DNA of 11,699 nt from positions 1 through 11,699 of the forward strand of contig JAWXBZ010000106.1 of NCBI GenBank assembly GCA_034440375.1, given 5' to 3'. The stretch comes from Candidatus Eiseniibacteriota bacterium (GTDB lineage Bacteria; Eisenbacteria; RBG-16-71-46; JABDJR01; JAWXBZ01). Numbering within the stretch: the stretch's first letter is position 1; each line of letters starts with the position of its first letter. The notes below the pieces were generated by a model. It was not told the origin of the DNA. It worked only from the letters and a program-made list of their open reading frames with translations, and ran no database searches. Shown piece after piece: positions 5,790-11,699 of the stretch. The translations under genes were made by a program, and so were the position numbers.

Positions 5790-7315
5790 GGCTTTCGGGG
5801 TGGCGATGAGGGTGGCGGCGGTGGCGGCATGATGAGCTCGTCGATGAAGTCGGCCACCGAGCCGGCGACGCCGTCGTAGTTCGAGAGGACGATGACCGTG
5901 TATCCAAGGTCATCATAGACGCGGAAATCGGCGCTCATGCCCGGGGCGCCGCCGTTGTGGCCGTAGTAGCCCTCCCCCCCCCTTCGAAAATCACCGAAGC
6001 CGTAGCCGTAGCCGACGCCGGGACCCATCACCACCCTGACCGTCGTCACGGTGTCGACGAGTGCCTTCGAGACGATGCTGCCGTTCCGGAGCGCTCGCTC
6101 GAACTTGAGAAGATCCGGGGCCGTGGAGTAGCCACCACCGGCGGGGGTGCCGCGGGCGGAGTGCTCGTAGAAGTTGGCCCGTCGGGTCTTCGAGTCCGGA
6201 GCACCGTGGTCGGAATGGATCGTATATCCGGTGGCCAGATTCGGAACTACCTGATCATTCTCGTACGAATCGCTGTCGGTCATGCCGGCCGGCTGGAATA
6301 CGTTGGCGCGAACGAAGTCGTAGTAGTCCATGCCGCTGATCTTTTCGATGATGAGACCGAGGACGATGAATCCGGAGTTGCTGTAGCTCATCCGGGCGCC
6401 CGGCTCGAATTCCAGTTTTTCGCCGGCCACCGCGCTTAAGTAATCGGATACGTGGCGCATGGTGGTCCAGCCGGTCGCGTATTCAGGGTCGTCGAAGTAG
6501 CTGCCCAGACCCGAGGTATGGGTCAGGAGATGATGGATCGTCACCTTGTCGCGCACGTCGGCATTCGCGAAGTCCGGTAGATGCCGACCAACCTTGTCCT
6601 GGTACGACACCTTTCCGTCCTGCACCAGGCGGGCGATGGCCAGCGACGTGAACATCTTGTTCATTGAACCGAGGCAGAACTTCGTGTCGATCCGGTTGGG
6701 CGCCTCGTAGGATTTGCTGGCCATGCCGGCGGCGCGCTCATAGAGGGACTTGCCATCCTTCGCCACCATCACCGCACCGGAGAATCGGTCATCGGCCACG
6801 AGCTTGTCGATCAGCCTGTTGATGAGATCGGCGCGGGTGACATCGCTCAACGGCCCTTCGGGGATTTCGGGCTTGCCCGGAATCGTGGGTTGCATCAGAA
6901 CGCCCATAATCTTGTACGGGGTTTCGGTCTCTTGGTGGATGACGACCTGGAAGACCTCGCCAGTGACGCCGGACTCGATGACCAGTCCCGGTCGGCCCGG
7001 CGTCATGGTCAGTTCGAGCAGCTTCGGCTGTGCCAGCGCCTCCATCAGATTCTGCCACCCCTCCAGCCGGTTCTCGATCGGGCGTGTGGCGAGCGCCTCC
7101 TCGGTGTAGCGGCTGGCGAGAAAAGCCCGGGCCCTCCCGGCATCGCCGCTGGCCACCACGTCGAGGAACTCCGCCAGGACCTGGCCGGCGGGCGTATTCG
7201 GAATCGTTGGAGCCTTGGCGCGGACGGTCGTCGGCAGGATGACCAGCGTGGCGACAACGGCGGCAATGGTCCCGGCAATCATCCGTCGCAAGGGAGTACC
7301 CGGGAACAGTTTCAT
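5786..7315 (-). CDS. Secreted serine hydrolase, beta-lactamase/PBP-like fold, with an extra N-terminal domain and a poly-Pro C-terminal tail
   Basis: 509 aa with a signal peptide (RRMIAGTIAAVVATLVILPTTVRA), an N-terminal accessory region of about 125 aa, and motifs FSGAVMVAKDG, FCLGSMNK (SxxK), LLTHTSG, SYSNSGF (YxN), PAGGGYST, YYGHNGG and VIVLSN. Confidence 0.9.
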   Translation of the reverse strand: MKLFPGTPLRRMIAGTIAAVVATLVILPTTVRAKAPTIPNTPAGQVLAEFLDVVASGDAGRARAFLASRYTEEALATRPIENRLEGWQNLMEALAQPKLLELTMTPGRPGLVIESGVTGEVFQVVIHQETETPYKIMGVLMQPTIPGKPEIPEGPLSDVTRADLINRLIDKLVADDRFSGAVMVAKDGKSLYERAAGMASKSYEAPNRIDTKFCLGSMNKMFTSLAIARLVQDGKVSYQDKVGRHLPDFANADVRDKVTIHHLLTHTSGLGSYFDDPEYATGWTTMRHVSDYLSAVAGEKLEFEPGARMSYSNSGFIVLGLIIEKISGMDYYDFVRANVFQPAGMTDSDSYENDQVVPNLATGYTIHSDHGAPDSKTRRANFYEHSARGTPAGGGYSTAPDLLKFERALRNGSIVSKALVDTVTTVRVVMGPGVGYGYGFGDFRRGGEGYYGHNGGAPGMSADFRVYDDLGYTVIVLSNYDGVAGSVADFIDELIMPPPPPPSSPPRKP

Positions 7316-7317
7316 CT

Positions 7318-7731
7318 TCAGTTTCCTCTGACGATGATGCGGGGTCGACCGCCGGGGGGCGCCAGTGCGCCGCCACCGGGCGCGGCGGCATCGGCCTTGA
7401 CGGCATCCAGCGCCATGCTGAGTCGCTGCCTGTCGTCGGGATCAGTGGCGCCGGACAGCAGTTTCTCGATCGCGGTAACATGGGCCAGGGTCAGCGCTGC
7501 GTCGGCCTTGCAGGCCATGTCCGGCACGACGCCGGTACCCTCCCAGTTGGAGGTGTCCGTGAGATTCGCCGCCAGCGAATCCACGAGGACCCGATTGTCG
7601 CTGGCTCTTGTTACCCGATCAACCGGATCCGGCATGGCATGCCGCTGGGCCATCACAGAGGCGGCGACGAACAAGAGGCCAATCGGGGAGATGCGGCCGA
7701 GCATCGAAATAAGACCTCGAATCATTTTCAT
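7318..7731 (-). CDS. Short secreted protein resembling an S41 peptidase with an in-frame internal deletion (possible pseudogene)
   Basis: 137 aa: a signal peptide, then RVLVDSLAANLTD (like the first helix of the S41/IRBP-type N-domain) joined directly to TSNWEGTGVVPD...ADAALTLAHVTAIEKLL (typical S41 C-terminal signature). Coupled to both neighbours (ATGA overlap at 7728-7731; 2 nt gap to 7315). Confidence 0.65.
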   Translation of the reverse strand: MKMIRGLISMLGRISPIGLLFVAASVMAQRHAMPDPVDRVTRASDNRVLVDSLAANLTDTSNWEGTGVVPDMACKADAALTLAHVTAIEKLLSGATDPDDRQRLSMALDAVKADAAAPGGGALAPPGGRPRIIVRGN

Positions 7732-8417
7732 GTGCCCCGATCCGTGGAAGGATGAAGGTTGAGCCCCCGCAGCAGGATGTCGCAGAGCGCGTTGACCCGT
7801 TCCAGGAGCAGGGATCGGCGCCCAAGTTCGGACTTGCTCAGGCTGTAAGGGAGCAGGGCATTGGTTGCCGTGATCAGCGATCGGGCATCGCGGAGAGCGT
7901 CATTTTCCCACTCGTTTAAACGACGGCCCTGGACGACCCGTGACAACACCCGGGCCTCCCGCTCGAACCAGAGCTCCCGACGAGAAAGGAGCGAGGTACG
8001 CAGGACGGCCAGCATCTCATCGAGGCTCTGGTGGTCCTGGCGCACGTGATCGAATCGAAACAGGACGCGGGTGACCAGCATTTGATGAAGACGATCGGCA
8101 ACCGGCGCGGCTTCGTCGGCGATGGTTTCGAGGCGGCTGAGGAGTCGTTCGATCATTCGGTCGATCGAGGAGAGGGCCAGGTCTTCCTTGCTGGCGAAAT
8201 GGAGATAGATGGTCCCCTTGCCGATGCCGACGTGGCGGGCCACCTCCTCGATTGTCATCCCGGCGTAGCCGATCGTCTCGAGCAGGAGATCAACCGCATC
8301 GAGGATCTCCTCCCGGATCTGGGATCGGAGACGGCGCGCGGCCGAAGTTTCCGGGATGGAAGCCGGGCCGGTCCCGCCCTCTGGGACCGGCCCTGACTGA
8401 ACGCGCATTCTGGTCAT
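7728..8417 (-). CDS. TetR/AcrR family transcriptional regulator
   Basis: REEILDAVDLLLETIGYAGMTIEEVARHVGIGKGTIYLHFASKEDL is a canonical TetR N-terminal HTH. The start could be 8417 or 8408. Confidence 0.93.
   Translation of the reverse strand: MTRMRVQSGPVPEGGTGPASIPETSAARRLRSQIREEILDAVDLLLETIGYAGMTIEEVARHVGIGKGTIYLHFASKEDLALSSIDRMIERLLSRLETIADEAAPVADRLHQMLVTRVLFRFDHVRQDHQSLDEMLAVLRTSLLSRRELWFEREARVLSRVVQGRRLNEWENDALRDARSLITATNALLPYSLSKSELGRRSLLLERVNALCDILLRGLNLHPSTDRGT
8365..8393. repeat. Perfect 11-bp inverted repeat with a 7-nt spacer inside the 5' end of tetR
   Basis: GGGCCGGTCCC-gccctct-GGGACCGGCCC, with no adjacent U-tract on either strand. Confidence 0.8.
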
Positions 8418-8476
8418 CAGCCGGATAGACGGGCCGGGGGGCCGATCCGTTGTATCCGCGCCGTCAACTCGTGAGG

Positions 8477-9970
8477 TTATTCCACCGGCCTCCGGAGAAA
8501 CGTCGGGACGTCCAGGTTGTCACGGGTGTACGACCGCTTCCAGCGCTCCTCGGCGCTCCGAACGGCCGGCCGGGGAGTGGTCCGGGCCAGATCTTCCGGC
8601 TGTGCCAGTCGTGCCTCCATATAAGGAGGACGCGCCGGTTCGCCATCCAGGTGCCCGGCGGCCACGGCCTCAGGATCGATGTCGGCAGGACCTGAAAGCT
8701 GCTGGGCGGCCGTTCCGACCTGCCGCAGATTTTCCCGGACCCTTTGCATGGCCACCGCCTGGGCGTCCTTCAGCATCCGGGTCTCGTCCTCCATGTCCGG
8801 CTCGCCGAATGGAATGGCGACATCCGGCGCTTCCGCCCATGAACCGGCCGGGACCGCTGACGTCGCCCGCAACCCGGGCCGCGGGACATCGTACGACTCC
8901 GGCCGCTGCCGCTCGTAGGCATCGTGACGCGCCGGGGTCGGTGGGCGTCCACCCAACGACCGCGACACGCTGAGATCGGCCGGCTCCTGGATTGAAATGG
9001 ACGTCCGACCCGGATTACGGCCGAAACCGGTGGCGATAACGGTGATCCGGATCTCGTCGCCCATGGCCGGGTCGATGACGGCGCCGAAAATCACGTTGGC
9101 GTCCATGCCGGCCTCTTCGATGATGATCTCGTTGGCCTCCTGGACCTCGTGCAGTGAGAGCCCCGGGCCGCCACAGATATTCACCAGCAGTGCCTCGGCC
9201 CCCGCAATGGAGATGTCTTCGAGGAGCGGGCTCGCCACCGCCAGGCGCGCCGCCTCGCTGGCCCGGTTGGGGCCGGAGGCGATGCCGGTCCCCATGAGCG
9301 CATTCCCCCGCTCGGACATCACTTCGCGCACGTCGGCAAAATCGAGATTGACGAGGCCCGGCACGATGATCAGGTCGCTGATTCCCTTGGTGGCCTGCAG
9401 GAGAACCTGGTCGGCCAATTTGAAGGCCTCGGTCAGCGGCGTGCCCCGCTCGACCACGGACAACAGGCGGTCGTTCGGAATCGTGATCAGCGTGTCAACC
9501 CGTTCCCGAAGAAGATTGAGCCCCTCCTCGGCCTGTCGCATCCGCTTGCGCCCCTCGAACATGAACGGCTTGGTGACGACGGCCACCGTCAGCGCCCCGA
9601 GTTCACGGGCAATGCGGGCCACGACCGGCGCGGCGCCCGTGCCAGTGCCGCCGCCCATGCCGGCGGTGATGAAGACCATGTCGGCGCCCGCCAGCGCTTC
9701 GCGGATCTCGTCTTCATCCTCCTCGGCCGCCTTGCGGCCACGTTCGGCCACGCCACCGCAGCCGAGGCCGCGGGTCAGCGATTTGCCGATCTGAATTCTG
9801 AACTGCGCCACAGCGCTGTCGAGCGCCTGGTGGTCACTGTTGACGATGATGAAGTCGACCCCGGTCATCTGTTCCATGACCATGTGGTTGACCGCATTTC
9901 CGCCGCCTCCGCCGCAACCGATGACCTTCAGCGTGGCGTTACGGGTCGGTTCGACGATTGAGATCATCAT
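8477..9970 (-). CDS. ftsZ: Cell division GTPase FtsZ
   Basis: [14 protein letters not shown], tubulin signature [20 protein letters not shown]7 loop [15 protein letters not shown] and conserved C-terminal peptide [11 protein letters not shown]. Confidence 0.99.
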   Translation of the reverse strand: MMISIVEPTRNATLKVIGCGGGGGNAVNHMVMEQMTGVDFIIVNSDHQALDSAVAQFRIQIGKSLTRGLGCGGVAERGRKAAEEDEDEIREALAGADMVFITAGMGGGTGTGAAPVVARIARELGALTVAVVTKPFMFEGRKRMRQAEEGLNLLRERVDTLITIPNDRLLSVVERGTPLTEAFKLADQVLLQATKGISDLIIVPGLVNLDFADVREVMSERGNALMGTGIASGPNRASEAARLAVASPLLEDISIAGAEALLVNICGGPGLSLHEVQEANEIIIEEAGMDANVIFGAVIDPAMGDEIRITVIATGFGRNPGRTSISIQEPADLSVSRSLGGRPPTPARHDAYERQRPESYDVPRPGLRATSAVPAGSWAEAPDVAIPFGEPDMEDETRMLKDAQAVAMQRVRENLRQVGTAAQQLSGPADIDPEAVAAGHLDGEPARPPYMEARLAQPEDLARTTPRPAVRSAEERWKRSYTRDNLDVPTFLRRPVE

Positions 9971-9999
9971 GTCCGAAAGGCTCCTTCCTGTTCCGATCT

Positions 10000-11226
10000 T
10001 TAGAAAAACTCACTGAACCAGCGGCGGACGCCGGCCAGTCCTCGAAAAATCCCATCGCCGTTCCCATTCATCCCGTATTCGTCGTGGTCACGCAGCCAGG
10101 CGTAGCGCACGAGGCCGAGCCCGGTGGCCTGCCGGGGATCGCCGGCTTCGCCCGGTATCAAAGGCTCCGGAGCCCCCCGCCGAACCGGCAGGTCCAGCAC
10201 TTCCTCGGCCAGTTCGACCAGGCCCGGCATCAGGGAGGCCCCGCCGGTCAGGACCACGCCGGCCGTCATCCGATCGCCGAAATGGGTCCGGTGCATCTCC
10301 CGTCGGGCCATCGTCAGAATTTCCTGCACGCGCGGTTCGATCATCGTGGCCATCAGGTGCCGGCTGATCTCACGGGTTGGGCGGCCGGCCACGCCGGGCA
10401 CCTCGATCATCTCGTGCACCGGCACGAGGGCCGCCAGCGCGCACCCGTGCCGAATCTTGATTTCCTCGGCCTGCTCGACACCGGTCCGCAGGCCGACGGC
10501 CAGGTCATTGGTGATGTTGACGCCGCCCAGTCCCACCACGCCCGTGTGACGCACCGATCCCTCGTAAAAGAGGGCGAGGTCGGTCGTGCCGCCACCCAGA
10601 TCGAGGAGTGCCACGCCAAGGTCCTTCTCTTCGCGCGCCAACACCGCGTGGGCCGAAGCCAGCGGCTCGAGCACCAGCGCGGCCAGCTTGAGACCGGCCC
10701 GCTCGATGGCACGGGAAAGGTTTCGGGCCGGCGTCATTCCACCCGTGACGACGTGAACGTCGGCCTCGAGGCGAACGCCGGACATGCCGACCGGATCCTT
10801 GATCCCTCCCTGACTGTCGACGGTGAACTCCTGCGGAATGACGTGAAAAACCTCGCGGTCCTCCGGGATGTCCATCGTCCGGGCCACCTCGATCACCCGA
10901 TCGACATCGGCCGGGCCGATTTCGGCATCGCGCCGCGACACCGTGATGACCCCGCGGCTGTTGAGGCTGCGAATATGCTCGCCGGCGATGCCGGCCCAGA
11001 CGACCTTGACCGACACACCGGCCATTCGCTCGGCTTCCGCCACGGCACGCCGTATCGAGGTGACCGTCTCGTCGAGATTGACCACGACACCGCGGCGCAG
11101 CCCGTGCGAGGGGGCCATGCCGACGCCGACGACCTTCAGATTTCCCAGGTCGTCCGGCTCCGCGATGACCACCGAGATCTTGGTCGTGCCGATGTCGAGC
11201 CCGACGTAACTACGTGTGACGCCCAT
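10000..11226 (-). CDS. ftsA: Cell division protein FtsA
   Basis: [52 protein letters not shown] and a C-terminal amphipathic helix ([15 protein letters not shown]); directly upstream of ftsZ. ATG at 11226 is preferred because it gives a shorter overlap with ftsQ; 11259 is the alternative. Confidence 0.98.
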   Translation of the reverse strand: MGVTRSYVGLDIGTTKISVVIAEPDDLGNLKVVGVGMAPSHGLRRGVVVNLDETVTSIRRAVAEAERMAGVSVKVVWAGIAGEHIRSLNSRGVITVSRRDAEIGPADVDRVIEVARTMDIPEDREVFHVIPQEFTVDSQGGIKDPVGMSGVRLEADVHVVTGGMTPARNLSRAIERAGLKLAALVLEPLASAHAVLAREEKDLGVALLDLGGGTTDLALFYEGSVRHTGVVGLGGVNITNDLAVGLRTGVEQAEEIKIRHGCALAALVPVHEMIEVPGVAGRPTREISRHLMATMIEPRVQEILTMARREMHRTHFGDRMTAGVVLTGGASLMPGLVELAEEVLDLPVRRGAPEPLIPGEAGDPRQATGLGLVRYAWLRDHDEYGMNGNGDGIFRGLAGVRRWFSEFF

Positions 11227-11699
11227 GTCGACCTTGACTTCCTTTCTTGCCGACCCCATTTTTCGTGACGGCCCCTTTTTTGGCCGGGGGGCGTTTCACC
11301 ACGGCCTTTGGTTCGACGATGACTTCCACGATCTCCACTCGCGCGGGCTTCGGCTTGTACACAACCTGCCCGGCAAACCGGAGATCGATATACTCCGGCT
11401 CGATTTCCTTGCAGGCCAGATCGTCCAAAACGGCGCGCAATGCCAGGAGACGCCGCTCCGAAATGTCCCCCCGGCCGACTTTCACCGGGATGGCATGGGT
11501 CATCAGGATCAGAACCAGACTGTCGGGATCGGCTGCCCAGATTTCCGAAACCCGGTCGGCAAGATTTACCGACGATTCGGCCAGCCGTGCCGCCAGCGCG
11601 GCGGCCGGCCGCGCGGCCGCATCGTTGATCGCTTGCCCGGCCGCCGGCGCCGTGATATCAAGACCGCGGATGATCGGCAGGTCGGCCACGGATCCGCTC
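11210..11699 (-). CDS. ftsQ: Cell division protein FtsQ/DivIB, C-terminal part (5' end outside the window)
   Basis: DLPIIRGL, VSEI and EYIDLRFAGQVVYKP (FtsQ beta-domain YxDLRF motif). It sits immediately upstream of ftsA, and the frame stays open to the window edge. Confidence 0.9.
   Translation of the reverse strand, partial: SGSVADLPIIRGLDITAPAAGQAINDAAARPAAALAARLAESSVNLADRVSEIWAADPDSLVLILMTHAIPVKVGRGDISERRLLALRAVLDDLACKEIEPEYIDLRFAGQVVYKPKPARVEIVEVIVEPKAVVKRPPAKKGAVTKNGVGKKGSQGRHGRHT

Noticed and set aside
5795-5830. GGTGGC/GGCGGT short repeats
   Set aside because: They simply encode the poly-Pro tail of the serine hydrolase and are not a CRISPR or DNA-level repeat.
716-8435. 13-bp sequence GGATAGACGGGCC present in inverted orientation at 716-728 and 8423-8435, bracketing the accessory block
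   Set aside because: A few 13-mer matches are expected by chance in 11.7 kb of GC-rich DNA, and no transposase or target-site duplication supports element ends.
1096-11268. Long antisense ORFs (1096-1980, 2986-3639, 4078-4911, 6890-7762, 8997-9794, 9958-11268)
   Set aside because: Typical stop-poor shadow frames opposite well-supported genes in high-GC DNA.
1-11699. CRISPR array, tRNA/rRNA, IS element or prophage genes
   Set aside because: No regularly spaced repeats, RNA gene signatures, transposase or phage protein motifs were seen.

Overview
GC-rich bacterial chromosomal window. The right end is the distal dcw cluster on the minus strand: ftsQ (partial), ftsA, ftsZ. It is followed on the same strand by a tightly coupled block of a TetR regulator, a short secreted ORF that looks like an internally deleted S41 peptidase, a secreted beta-lactamase-fold serine hydrolase and a DUF488 protein with a probable C-terminal frameshift. 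The middle holds a second, cytoplasmic serine hydrolase, a divergent AAA_14/DUF4143-type ATPase-HTH-nuclease-fold gene preceded by an AT-rich repeat-dense operator-like region, and a PQQ-dependent sorbosone/sugar dehydrogenase-family lipoprotein. The left end is the most notable part. A decayed 3' remnant of an integron integrase (catalytic Tyr lost) is followed on the same strand by an attI-like site and a candidate first gene cassette. That cassette encodes a Sel1-repeat lipoprotein missing from the ORF track and runs off the window edge. This reads as a reverse-orientation integron with a dead integrase. I found no convincing wholly new system. All family assignments come from motif recognition by eye, not database searches.
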